The notes under the pieces were generated by a model, which had not been told where the DNA came from, searched no databases, and saw only the letters and a list, made by a program, of their open reading frames with translations. Below, in pieces: positions 35,305 to 48,526 of a stretch of DNA of 64,000 nt (positions are counted from its first letter, which is position 1; every line of letters starts with the position of its first letter). The stretch comes from Gnetum montanum. Taxonomy: Eukaryota > Plantae > Gnetophyta. A program made the translations under genes and the position numbers. Where the stretch lies: contig MNCI01001630.1 in the NCBI GenBank assembly GCA_015680685.1, positions 124,478 to 188,477 on the forward strand, read 5' to 3'.

Positions 35305-38300
35305 CCAACATGGGTTAGGTGAGGCATATGGCCAAGACGCCTTGTAGTGGTATTCATCTATGTTATTGTCTATCATTTGGAAGGGAAACTTAGCCCACAT
35401 GGTTTCTTCATTTGAGTTGATGGTTTTGGCCTATTCATTTGTCAAACATGGCGTTTCAATTTGGATGGGTGCTTCATTTTCAGAGATATCTATCTTTGAA
35501 CCCTGCTTCACCTCTACATTGTTTATGGCCTGAGAAGCTACTTCATCACTATAAAGTACTACTTCCCTACCTGCATCGGATAAGTGGATTTCCTAATGTA
35601 TAGGTGAAGAGACAACACTTTGTTGGGCTAACCATAATCTTCCCAGGATCAGGTTAAATCCTGGCATCTCCTCCACCACAATAAATACTGCGCTCGTGGG
35701 GAACTAGTCCTCCAACACAAAGTTGATGTGCATAGTCCCCTTGACCACCACACGCACCTGATTGAAGGACTTAAGGCATGAAGTTGCTATGGGCTTGATT
35801 TGATCTACCAAGCCCAACTTGTCAATGATAGGAAATGGGATTACGTTTGTGGTAGCTCCTTCGTCAACATGTACCCTGCGAATCTTGTATTGGCCCACCC
35901 AAATGGTGATGAACATAGGAGCGATTGTCACTTGACCCTTTTCAGGGTTATCCTTGATAGCTCTATCGTGAAATGTTAACTGGGTTGGTCATGGTTCTTT
36001 AGCCATGGGGGGAAGCATGATAGAGTGAACGGCTTTCTCTTCAGTCGACATGTTTTTGCTAACAGAAATAGACATCAACATGTGAACCATTGCCTCATGA
36101 TGCATTGTAGAGGTCATTATTAGATCGTATAAGCTTAGTGTTGTATTTTTCTATTTTTTTAAGGCCTATTTATCTTATGAAAGGGCATTTAGGAAGTCTT
36201 GATGTTGTCTTGTTGTTTGTTGACTTTCTCTTCTTCTATACACCCTGGGAGGTGAATTTCTCAAGGGGGAGTAGCTTCAAGTTGAATGCTAAGTTTTCTT
36301 GGACCAAAAGGTGATGATTGCATCTATGCATTGCTATTGGTAGCTGATGATGAAGAGGCCATAGGAACTATGGATAAGGGGGTAGGCTTAGGGGGACCTA
36401 GCGTAGTACGTTCCCTAGCTAGCTTGTCTACTAGATGCTCTTCACACTTCTTTGGATGGGGAGACTAGGGTGCAACTCTCGTCACTCGATTTTGGGTAGA
36501 GGAAAAACTTGCATGCCTTGGCACCTTAATGACAAATGATACATGTGTTGTTGTAGTGGGAGATGATGCAGTTTTTTGCACAAAAGATGTCGCAGATGTC
36601 TAGTAAGGGGCCTTGATGAAAAAGGGGATTTGTAAAATAGTAGTTGTTGGAGATTCAGCATTGCGAGGAGGTACATGAACCACAAATGGTTCTGTTGTGA
36701 CTTAGTGTTATCATCAATGTCGATGGCATTGATGGTGTAACCTGCATTGTTAGCATTCAGAGGATGTTTGTAAATGCCCATCGACTAGTTTTTAGGTTGA
36801 ATGGGACTACTCTCATCCAAGACTAGCTTACCCTAATTGATCATTCATTGAATGTCATCTTTTAATGATAAGAAATAATTTGTATCATACCCACATAGTT
36901 GATGATAGTCACAAAAATGCTCTAACCTAAAATTCCTAGGCACTAGTGGTTCATTAGGCGTAGCCAAGGAGGGGTTTCAAAGGACTTTGTAGTGCCTTTG
37001 ATGACATTTGAGGGCCTCCTCCAACATTTTTTTATGTTGAATACGCTCGGCTTCTGATAATTGCTTCAAAAGTTTTGAAGGCTTAATCAGTAGTAGGGTA
37101 TACTTTGAATGGTCCTTGCACTCAAAGTTTTACCTTAGCTGAGTTTACATCGTAGGTGTTGAGGCCAGGGACTAACTTGTGTTGCTGGAGCCAGGTGTGG
37201 CGTTAGTGGGATCTTTGGATGTTGTGGAAACCTTTTTTTTTATTGTTGTTGTTGGGCTTGGTCTCATTAGCCACAGTAGCCACTATGGTTGCTGCAGCCT
37301 TGCCTTTCTCCTTGTCCTTCTTCATGTGTGCATTTTTTAGGTCACGTAGGTTGGATCCCTACTAGCTTCTGCTACGTCCTAAATGCTCTTAGTTTGAGCA
37401 AATGCTTGGCTAAGGGACCATGAAGCCAAGTAGTACAATTTAGACTTGATAAAGTCATTTACTGCAGCCTTGAAGATGGTCAGCAAATGGGCCTCAACAA
37501 TTAGTTCACGTATTTCATTTAAAGTCACACTCTAGCATTGTATAAATTTTTGCACAGATTCTAGCGATTCTTTCTTGACATTCATGAGCTGGTCTAGGGT
37601 GACCTCTGGTTTCAAGTTGTACTTAAAGCAAGTCACAAATTCACTTAGAAACTCCTCCAAGGTGGAGATAAAAGCACATGGAAGTGCATGGTACCAATCT
37701 AATGCTTTACTTATCAAAGACATGGCAAAGACATGAATGATGGTGTGATGCCATGGTTGTAATAGCAAGGATTTAGACCTAAATGTTACTAAATGTGCAT
37801 TTAGGTCACCCTCCCCATTTTATTTTGTAAATTGGGGAAGTTGTATTCTAGGGGTAATGTAAGCACAGGCACAACCAGGCTGATAGGATCATCATGGTAA
37901 AAGTCCATGACCTAAAATTTTTTGGAACTAGATGCTTTGAGTCATTTAATCTCTTTAGTGAGGGTTTGGATGAGTTGGAAAGCTTTATCCAATCCCAAGA
38001 ATTTCATGGATGGTTGTGAGGCCATCGGAGCAACTATCACTAGTGGCGTTGTTGGTGCAGCTACTAATCCCACAAAGGATGCTATTGGAATAGCTTCCAC
38101 CAGTGGTGTCATATGAGTAGCCCACATTCCAGTAGGTGATGCCAATAAAGCGACTACTACTAGTTGAGCCATGGAAGTATTCATCTACCCAAAGGCTAAG
38201 GTGGCCCACAATCCCATGTTCATTTGTGCTATGTGTGGGACTTAATACGTTTGAGGCTGTGTGTACTATTGCACATGAGATGATTGAGCTGTAGGGAAGG

Positions 38301-39092
38301 GAGTTGTTCTTGTCCACCATACAGTTGAGGTTAGGCCTATTACTGATGGTGGAATAGGTATAGAGGGGGGATAGAAATAGGACATACATGTGGTTGTGAT
38401 GTAGGCATTTTGTGCACGTACGGCAGTGTGGGCACTACAAGGGTCAAGTGCGGGGCTTGGACAGATGAGGAGAGATGGTGATCAAGAAATGAGATTGAAG
38501 GGCCTACATGCTGATACGTTGATGACATTTGACAACTTCCCATCACCAAATGGGGTCTAGGTTACGACAGTGTCATGGAAATAGCAAAGGGTGTGGAAAA
38601 TTTTGATTGATGCAAACAAGCAATAGAGGTAGAAGGGACACCTGTGGTGTAGATTGGAACACCACCTTCTGAGTGGGAGTCCAAATCATCTTAGCCATCT
38701 TGAAAGGGTTCTTCATAATGGGACACTGTGTCCTATTCTCTTGTCCTACTTACTTGGACAAGTTGGTTTAGCATCCATTGATACATCTCGGTCAACGGGA
38801 TAGTGGTATCAGGAGTAGGGATGAACTCCCTCAAGTTCTAACAGATGAACTCAAAGTTACGTTTCTCTTCAAATTCACGATAGTCTAATGGTATATTCAC
38901 TTGAATTTTGGCATACAAAAAATTTTATCTCTCTTCATCTTGAGATAGATGTTTAGGCAATTACTGTTGTAATCTTTGGGACTGCCTCTGTATTAGCACC
39001 GAGCTGGGTGGTCGCTCGGGACCTTCCATATTTTGGACAGAGTAGGGTACTTTCAAGCTCGAGGTGGGAACTACAGTTGTAATAGGATTCAT
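35305..39092 (-). pseudogene. gag: gag-protease of C
   Basis: ALDWYHALPCAFISTLEEF; RRVHVDEGATTNVIPFPIIDKLGL; collinear with B 14457-18155. Confidence 0.9.
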
Positions 39093-39604
39093 TTTCTATT
39101 ATGAAAAAGGTACAAATAATAAAGATATGTGTAAGAAATAGTTGTAAACAATGTGTTTTTATGCTAAGCAGTTGTAGTTGAAAATAGTAGGAGAGATAGG
39201 CTAAAACTGGGTATGCTTGTAAGTGTTAAAAACTAGTTTTCTTCATTGTTACGTCCGCTATGCTGAGCAGGGTTGTTATGCTGACAGGGTTGCTACACTA
39301 CATAGGATTCATATGGCATAACACAGTGGATAGTCTATCACAACGAATAGTGTAGCACAATAGAGGATGCGATGCAATAGGCAATGTAACATAGTAAATG
39401 GTGCAACACAATATGCAGTGTGACACAATAGATGATTTCAGGGCTTTTTTCCCATAGGGTCCTAAAGGAACCATTGATTGTAACCGATCTGTACCAACTG
39501 ATGTGCAAACAACCACAGGAGTGTCACATCTACACTAGCTGGGCATTGGTAGCTGAGTACAGAATGCACACAAGACTATCAATGGATCAAAGAAGGAACA
39601 AAAT

Positions 39605-39629
39605 GGTTCAAGCCCTCCTTCTAGTGCCA
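39605..39629 (-). other. PBS (tRNA-Asn type) of C
   Basis: The + strand reads GGTTCAAGCCCTCCTTCTAGTGCCA, i.e. a tRNA-Asn 3' end with CG decay, 5 nt from the LTR. Confidence 0.85.
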
Positions 39630-39634
39630 AAAAC

Positions 39635-42086
39635 TGTAGCTACTGAAAATGTCGATGGCTGGAACACCAAGAGGTTACCGGGTGTACAACCTAACCTTGG
39701 ATCCATGCAAGGGCTATGCTAGAGAAAATGGAAATGAGGTGCCCTAAATGGTCTGGTCGATTAGACAGGGACTTAGACGGTGTACAATAACCTTTTGTAA
39801 ACAATCATTTTAAAAAATTATGTGGAGATTTAGGCAAAGAAAGCCATAACACACAAAATAGTAAAAGCATAGCAAAATATGTAATTGGGCAATAAACATA
39901 AACAGATACATAATGATGTAAGATATGGTAAAATAAGATGAAATGAGCTCAAGTGAGAGAATGCACCACCCCAAAATTGGGGGATTTGATCTTTGTTTGG
40001 CTGAAGAAGGTGTACAACTGGTGTGCAGTACTGGGTAGGCACATCTTAGAATAGAACGATATGGTCACATCTCCTTGACTACTATTAATGGTCTGCTAAT
40101 AGGGACTAATGAACCGATGCTTGTTAGGCTACTACACTGGGTTGAGAAGAGATCTAGGAGGTGTTGCTACATGGATTTACTGTTCATCAACCTTCTGCTT
40201 GCTAACCTCTTTGCCAAAGCCAATTGCTAGAAAGCAAAATGCCAAAATGCCAATCTCCAATCGCAAGAGAGCCATGTTAAAAAGCCAACCTTCCCAAAAG
40301 CCAACCCCTTGAATGTTGTTTGCTAGGGTATTTATAGAGCCAGGAGCAAAAGAGAGACATGGTTCTGATGTCATGTGTCTTGGGTCCCACATGGCCCAAA
40401 TTGTGAATGTGCCATACTGGTGTGTAGTGCTACGATGCATTGTTATGCTGATGTGCTACACTACAGTGTAATGTTGATGTGTTATGCTGTAGTGTAATGA
40501 AGCTGGACATGAAACCTACTAAGCTATGACCATACCGTTTAGAATGCATGTGCTAGAATCCAGGGAACTACCATGTTTTTACAAAGAATGCCAATGACAA
40601 ATGCAAAGAGGAGCCTACACTCCAATACTATGTCTTCTCTACTTTTGCGAGTAGGGTCAAGCATAGGGACAACTTTGGGAATCAAAAAGGGGGATGCAAA
40701 ATGAAGAAAATTGTTGATCTTATCTGTTGAGGAGATGCTAGAGTAGAAATGATCATTGTCAACAAGTTCTAGAGCTGCTGGAGACATCTTGGGGCTTCCA
40801 CACAAGTGTTATGCTACCTATGCTACCTAGTGTATCGGCATAGCGTAAACACCCACATGCTACATTGTGCTATGCTGCATAGCATAGCGTAGTGTAGCTA
40901 CCAGTCTTGAGATAAATCTTGCCCAAAAGCCAAAGCTACCCCTTTGAGGTCTAGCTAGGCAAGAAACTTTAGTAATTGGCAACCCTATTTTTCATGTTGA
41001 AAGGCCATAGGACCTGGGGATTTCATCCTTGAAACACTTTTGGGCTTTGTGTCCTTGCTACACTGTGCTACGCTGTGCAGTGTAGCATAGCGTAGTAGCC
41101 AATGTGATATGAATCCTTTCTTGATCTACAATATTTTGTCAAGAAAATTTGGTTGGAATCCAAGGGCAAAGTAGGACAGGCAATCTTAGAGGTTAGAGTA
41201 TGGCCAAGTGCAATCCTTTAGTTAGGATAACTTGACGGGGGACCTTCGTGCATTCTGACCCTGCTACGTTGTGCTACATTGTGTAGCGTAGCACAGCATA
41301 GCACAGCGTAGCACCCAGTTTAACTTGAATTCTAACTCACCTGGTAATAATTTTTCATAGAATGTCGATCATCTCCTAGAGTGTAGCGGAACAAGCATTT
41401 TTTATGGCCTAGGCATGGCCAATTATGTTTACTTCGTCAAAAGAGTCTGAGCAAAAGCATTGTTATAGTAGAACCCTGCTACACTATGTAGTGTAGCACT
41501 TAAATGAAGATGATGTTTTGACAAATTTTTCCACATTCTCTTGCGTTATGTTGATCATGCTTCAAGGATAAAGCAGGGCAAGTATCCTGGAGGGCTAAAT
41601 CATTGTCAGTCTGCATCTTGGATGCCTGATCAACCTCCCCATGGCCTGCTACGTTGTGCAGTGTAGCATAGCAAAGCAAGTCTCATAGTTAGAAAGGTTA
41701 GAGAACTTGTTAAACTTTTTAGTCCATCTTGAATACTTTCTGCAACTCCTAGCATGGTCCATGGGTAGACCATCAACCAGGTCATGTGTCAAGTTAGGTA
41801 AGCTAGAAAGTGTAGCAAGTCTATCAGCTCGGGAGATAGAAAATTTTCCAGACTATATGGTCTTCTCCTAGTTTCTTTTTCATGCAAACTGGCCTCATGG
41901 TTGGATGCATTATTGACTGTGCTACAGAGGATGATAGGCAGGGTCGAAAGCAGCTTCATGGGCATTAGGACTTCCGAGGTGCCAAGTTGTCCGCATGATC
42001 CATCATGATGCCGCACTTGCAAAGATCCTTGCCCAAATTTTGGGACTATGCTAAATCATGAGAGTCCCAAAATTGATGGTGTTTCA
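39635..42086 (-). repeat. 5' LTR of C
   Basis: The minus strand reads TGAAACACCATC...GCTACA, with the same termini as the B LTRs; TATA at 40329-40336 on the minus strand. Confidence 0.92.
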
Positions 42087-44640
42087 AACGTTGTAGCAGA
42101 TACAACCTCTACCTTCATCCTAAAAAATGTGTCTTCAGGGTCAAAACTAGACGCATGTTAGGGTTTGTAGTATCAGAAACGAGGATACGTGTAGATCTTG
42201 ATAAAGTTAAAGCCATTATTAATTTGATACCACCTACAAACCTTAAGGAATTATGTGGGTTGCAAGGTAGGATACAATTCATACAAAGGTTTATGGTAAG
42301 GTTAATAGATAAATTTAATCTAATGCAACACTTTCTTAAAAAAAGGAGTTAACTTTGAATGGACAAACCAATGCTAGGAAGCTTTTGATAACTTAAAGAA
42401 AGAGCTTGTTCATCTTCCCACTATTTACCCTCCATAAAGAGATAAGCCTTTTTACATTTATCCTACTACTTCAAACATGTCTATTGTTGCTTTGCTTTGC
42501 TAAAAGAGGGATGATGGTTCTAAAATCCCTATCTACTACTTGAGCCATACATTGATAGCTTATGAAGCAAAATACAATGAAGTAAAAAAATTATCTTGCT
42601 TTAGTATTCGCCCTTAAAAAATGGAGCCATTATTTGTTTCATAGCCAAGTGAACATTATCTACAAAAATAACATACTTTGGGCTATTACAACTAATATAT
42701 ACAAAAGTGGCAGGATAGCTAGGTGGAAATCCATAACTACAGAATTTGACCTACACTACGTAGCATAGTCATCTACAAAGGGTTAAGCAATAGCCACACA
42801 ACTTACGGCTTCACCCACCAATGACCAGGCAATAATAGAACCTAAATTTCCATATGAGCACATTAGTAGCATAAGCCCAATACCCACAAATTTCAAAGCT
42901 ACTCTACATTTTGATGGTGCCTCAACTACACAAGGTGGCAATGCTACTGTTGTTCTCACATTTCCCTCTAGAGAAATCTGACCTTTCGCATACCACTTCA
43001 CGTTTCTTTGCACAAATAATGTGTCAGAATACGAGTGTCTCCTTAGGGGTATTCTAGCAGCCTGAAAGTCAAGGATCCAAAACTTAGCAATTAGAGGTGA
43101 TTCAAAACTAGTCATTAACCAAGCTACAAAAGTTTACACTTGCAAGGCATAGCATTTACAGTTGTACTATGATTTGGCCAAACACTTACTAAAGCAGTTT
43201 GCAACCCTAGACATCCAATATACCCTGCAATAAAAACACTATAGCAGATGTGCTAGCCATGTTAGCACTAAGCGTGCCACCACATATGTTTGCTACCTTG
43301 CCTACTTCGATAGTGAGATGCAACAACCCTATTTTTCACATGACACACATTGCATTTGTAAGTGTGACTCACACACAAGAATCATATGACAACATTAAAA
43401 CATACCTCCAACATGGTGAATGCCCACACAACCTGACACCTGCCCAAAGGGATGTAATACGAAAACGAGCATGGCAGTATGTCCTTGTAGGATACGGCGC
43501 TTTATGAAAATGCTCTTATGATGGGATATTGCTAGCTTGCGTTAATGGGGATGAAGCATGAAACATTTTTAATCAAGTCCACGAGGGACTATGTGGATGG
43601 CACATAGCCCCCAGAGCTATGGCAGCAAAAATTAGGCATCTAGGCTACTACTAGCCTTACATGGAATGTGATTACATCACTAAGGTAAGGACATACAATG
43701 TATGTCAACTTCATGGGAACCTCATACATGTGTCACCTACTGAACTGCATACCACACAAATCACATGATCCTTTCAACATTGGGGACTAGACATCATAGG
43801 ACTCATTACACCTAAGTCTTCTACGCGGCATAGTTTCATTATTACCACAACTGAGTACTTTACAAAGTGGGTAAAATCTATTCCTATTAGGAAGACCATG
43901 TCCCAACAGATTTTCAAGTTCATTCTGGACAATATGGTGATATGATTTGGCCTTCCCATGACTATTGTTATAGAAAATGAGCCCCAATTCAATAGTGCAA
44001 AAACTAGAGCCTTTTGCAAAAACCTTGGTATCAAACATTCTTTCTCCTCACCATATTATCCCTAAGTGAATGGCCAAGTAGAAGCCACTAATAAAGTCCT
44101 TATTAACCTTTTGAAAAAATGCTCAACAGTAGCAAATGTCGATGGCACAAGTAGCTCCTCTACATACTTTGGACTTATCACACGACATGTAGGATAGCTA
44201 TAGGAAAGACTCCATATAGTCTTGTGTATGGATTTGAAGTGGTGTTACCTCTTGAATTGCAGGTCCCGTCGCTACAAATTATCCTCTTGGAATTCATGGA
44301 TGAGACTCAAAACAACGAGTCAAGAATCATTGATCTTGACTCTGTGGAGGAAGAGTGCATCCAAATGCTTAACCACATCAAGTGGTACTAGGACAAGCAA
44401 CAATAGAAACATCATTGCAATCTACACCAAATTCTGATCAAAAAGGGGGATCTAGTCCTCAAGATTGTTTATGAGCCCATGAACAAATTCTCAGCCACCT
44501 GGGAAGGGACCTTTTTGGTCACAAAAGCATATGAGAATGGGGCATTCAAACTGGCTAACTTAGATGGAAACTAGTTTCCAAATCCTATCAATCATTTGTA
44601 CCTGGAGCCCTACTACACCTAACATGCAATATTGCACTAA
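42087..44640 (+). pseudogene. pol: pol of B: RT end, RNase H, archaeal-type RNase H (aRH), integrase
   Basis: PKKCVF..MLGFVVS; PLYYLSHTL; LHFDGAS..CTNNVSEYE..IRGDSKLVINQ (aRH); VHEGLCG.H, WGLDIIG, YFTKWV, NGQVEATNK, WEGTF. The RH-aRH-INT order is characteristic of Tat (Ogre/Retand). Confidence 0.92.
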
Positions 44641-44667
44641 ACATAAAGCAAGGTAAGCATATAGTAC

Positions 44668-45010
44668 TCTATGACTATAAACTAGCACAGATAGTCCACT
44701 ATGACTATAAACTAGCACAAATAGCCTGTTATGACTATAAACTAGCACAGATCATCTACCATGATGTTAAATTGGCACAACATGTCTTTCGGCCATGACA
44801 CAAAACTGGAATCCATAGCATGATCTTCTATGACCTTAAACTAGCCATCCCCCATCCACTGGGACCTTAAACTAGCACATCAGTCTACTATGACCTTAAA
44901 CTAGCACATCACAGTCTACTAGGACCTTAAACTAGCACATCACAGTCTGCTGGGACCTTAAACTAGCACATTAGTCTGCTAGGACCTTAAACTAGCACAT
45001 CAATCTACAA
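44668..45010 (+). repeat. post-integrase tandem array of B (~29-31 bp, GAC(C/T)(T/A)TAAACTAGCACA core)
   Basis: About 11 copies. Confidence 0.88.
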
Positions 45011-46385
45011 GGAAATATCTCTGATCCAACACATGTGATCTTGTGAATAAGTGAGTAGGCATACTTTCGAGCTTAAGTTGCCTATCCACACCTCCTAGGA
45101 AAAATGGGGTGGGGCATTGTAGTTCCAAAATGAAGTTCATGCCACCCTATGGAACATTTGCAATGTCTTCATCCCTGACATCTTGCTAATCTTTTGGAGA
45201 TGTCGTTTGACATCTTGCTAACCTTCTGGAGCTACCACCACTGCTACCAATCATCCTGGTCATAGCTCTCACCATCAGCACCTTCTACTAAAGCCCTAAC
45301 ACTGTTATGGTCCAACCACAATGCTATCATCCTCCAGCCCTCACCATCGTCAGATCCTAAGAAGAAATCATTCAGCTGTTAGGATTCTCACCTTACAGCT
45401 AGACTTCATGGCTATTGCCTTTGGTGAGGATTCCTGAGCACTCGCATCACCATTTCTCCTAGCCTCTTCAATGCTCATCTCTACCATGGCCGTTGAAGCT
45501 TTCCAGCTTGCCACCATCAAATCCTACACTAGCCTTCCTACTTTGGATATTTCATGCATTAGAGATAGTACTTGCCACCTTGGCAGTGTCCCGAGTAGAG
45601 AGGACTTTGCCCTCATCTCACATGATTGTTGTTTCTTCTGGTTTTCTCTCTATTGTGTTTGCAAGATAAAATCCAAGGCGGCATTGTTCAAGAATGCATT
45701 TCACCATGAGAGCAAGACACTACATTATTCCAAAGTACCCACTTCGGTTGTCCTAGCTACTTGAGAGTGCAAATCCTACTATTCTTTCAGCTAACCTAAC
45801 CTCCATTCCCTATCCTTATAAGTTTCAACTTCTTCATCGCAAGCTTCTCCAATGCACATGTAACCCTTTCCCACACTCAACCGCTAAGCCCACAATGGAC
45901 ATAATGCAACTCATCCTATGGGAAGCCTATGTAGGCTAGTCAAAGCCCCACATAGATGTAACACAACTCATCCTGGGGAGGAAACACCCATCCTACAACA
46001 ATGACATGGTTACCCTCGAATGGATACAGGTGTGCAAAAAAAAAACCTTGGATCGATCAGCTACAAGAACTTCAATGAGGGGTAAAAATCTAAAAGGAAA
46101 AGATACTCATGCATGCTAATTTCCTCATAAGCACACCAATGAGGGATCACACTATGGCAATATTTCTCATGATGTCACATCCTACACTTTTTCCCTAACC
46201 CAATTTCCTCAAACCCATCCCTTATCTTCTATCTTACATCACTCTCTAAGCACTCACAAACATAGCAAAGCATCATCTAAGTTGACACTGAAGAACAGTG
46301 TTGGTTTCTTGTTCATGATGGTGTTTCGTATTCTTCTTCGATGTCTCTCAGGTAAATCCTCCAAATGTTAACAAAGATGGGCTAG

Positions 46386-48526
46386 TGAAACACCATCAAT
46401 TTTGGGCTCTCAAGATTCTCCAAGTGTGTTGTCACACTAGGCCGTGCAAATAGCTTGACACCCTGAAAGTTATAATGCCTACAAAGTTGTGTCTGGGCAT
46501 GTCTACTATGCTCTTTACCAAAGTCATCATAGCACCCAATTACAAAGCTAGTTTACACAAATGGGGCACTGAGGGTGGACCATACAGTTTGGCAAATTTT
46601 CTATCTCTTGGGTTGTCAAGCTTGCTACACTCTCTAGCCTGTCCAACTTGATGCATATCCTAGTTGTCAGTCTACCCAAGCGCCCAACTAAGAGCTGTCA
46701 AAAGTGTTCAGGATGGACTAAATAGTTTGACAAGTTTTCTATCTATGGAACTTGTTATGCTATGCTATGCTACACATCGTAGTAGGCTAGGAGGCACTGA
46801 AACTTTCCCAAGTGTTGGATCAGATACAGAAGAAGCATTTGATAATGATTCTATCTTCAAGGATTCCTACCTTATTGCATCCTTAGAGTATGATCAGTGT
46901 GGCAAGAAGAAAATCTAGCAATTTTCACAAAAATCATTGTTCTCTGGGTGCTACACTGTGCTACGCTAGATGTCAATAGCAACAAAAGTCTCCTTCAAGT
47001 TATTTTGACATGAAAAATGCATCTAACCATTCTTCAACCTCCAAGGTTACCTATCCCACTTCGTCCCTAGAACATGACAAAGATCCCATGGCATAGTAGT
47101 GCAAAATTCATGCATGACCAAGTGTTACGTTGTGCTACACTACACAACATAGCATAGCATAGCATGGATGTCAAGCGTAAAAGGTGTTCAAAAATGAAAC
47201 CAGAAGATCTTAAGCTCTTTCCACATGAAAAACATGGCTAACAATTATTGAATTTGCTTTCCTTGCTCGATTTTAGAATGGTATTTTTAGTTCTTTTGGA
47301 AAAATTAATGCAAAAGAGGGGTGTTATGTTATGCTACGCTACCTAGTGTAGCACAACATAATAGGCCAATGTTCACACTACACCGCTACGCTAGGTAGCG
47401 TAAATAGCGTAACACTTGTGAAGAATCCTTAGGACATCTCTAGAACCTCCAAAACTCATTGTCCACTGACATTTCTGCTCTAGCATCTCCTTAACTACCA
47501 AAAATCAACAATTTTCTTTTTTTCTTGCACCCCTTGTTAATCCTCAAAAGTTATCCCTACACTTAACCTTACTTGGAAGAGGAGGGAAGACGTAGTCTTG
47601 GAGCACAAGCTCCACTTTGCATTTGTTGTATGCATTTTCTATCAAAATAAGATGATTCTATAGATTTTGATACATGCGGTCTGGGCAATATGGTCATAGT
47701 GTGGCAAATTTTTCATTCCTGTTCTTGTCCCATTCAGCATAACACATCAGCATAGCATCACCTCTTGAGCATAGCATATCAACATGACACATTCATGTTC
47801 ATGCTACATGGGGCCCAGGACACATGACACCCAAACCACATCTTCCTCCAAGTCTTTTTTCTATAAATACCCTAGTAGATGACATTCTAAGGGTTAGCTT
47901 TTGGCAATAAGCTTTGACAAGCAGAAGATTGATGAGCAGCAAGTCCCAGCATTAGAGCCTCTCAAAGCTCTTAGCAACTCCAACACTCAAGCATGACACC
48001 TACCCACAACATAGCAGCTTTCAGCCCAGCAAGCATTAGCTCATTCATTCCTATCAACACCACATCTGCAGCATTCTAGGAGCTGTGACCATATTGTTCC
48101 TTTACCCAGCTGTGTTTGTCGAGCACTGCATATCGATTGTACATATTCATCATTCAATAAAAAGTCAAATTCCCCAATTTTGGGGTGGTTCATTTCTTTA
48201 CTCAAACTCTCACTCCATTTTATTATAGCATATATGTTGCATCATCATGTATTTGTTAACATTCATTATCTTGGTTATTTATGTTGATACACTTCTATTC
48301 TTGGGAGTGCTACGCTCTCTTTTATTCCAACCTCCACGCCTTACATTCTAAAACTACTATTCGCAAATGGTTATTGGACACCGTGTAAGTCCCTATATGA
48401 TTGACCAGACCATTTAGAGCATCCCATTTCCATTTTCTCTAGCACGACCCTCCCATGTAGTTAGGGTTAGGCTATGCGCCTAATAACCTCTTAGTGTTCT
48501 AGCCACTAATGTTTTTAGGTGCTAAA
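46386..48526 (+). repeat. 3' LTR of B
   Basis: TGAAACACCATC...GCTAAA; TATAAATA at 47862; followed by TSD AAGAC. Confidence 0.93.

Larger units (their letters stand above)
24790..42086 (-). mobile_element. Tat/Ogre-like element C, inverted, internally deleted (no RT/RH/aRH/INT core)
   Basis: Paired ~2.4 kb LTRs; TSD AACAT (24785-24789) / AACGT (42087-42091); PBS at 39605-39629; PPT at ~27206-27216. Removing C restores the RT frame FQRCSRYNLYLHPKKCVF. Confidence 0.92.
12001..48526 (+). mobile_element. Tat/Ogre-like Ty3/gypsy element B (full-length, degenerate), containing element C
   Basis: Paired ~2.15 kb LTRs; TSD AAGAC (11996-12000 and 48527-48531); tRNA-Asn PBS; gag-PR...RT-RH-aRH-INT order; polypurine tract (PPT) at ~46372-46383. 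Confidence 0.93.

Noticed and set aside
39605-39629. tRNA gene (GGTTC..CCA)
   Set aside because: Only the 3' ~25 nt, including CCA, next to an LTR: this is a PBS, not a gene.
44668-45010. CRISPR-like appearance of the ~30-bp arrays (also 34842-35170)
   Set aside because: Head-to-tail degenerate units with no unique spacers and no cas genes, in a eukaryotic retroelement context.
45420-45810. Possible ORF (either strand) in the 3' UTR of B and C (also 27870-28310)
   Set aside because: Mismatches are spread about evenly over codon positions (about 15/12/15 in 50 codons), with shared stops and a frameshift in C. Not supportable without more copies.
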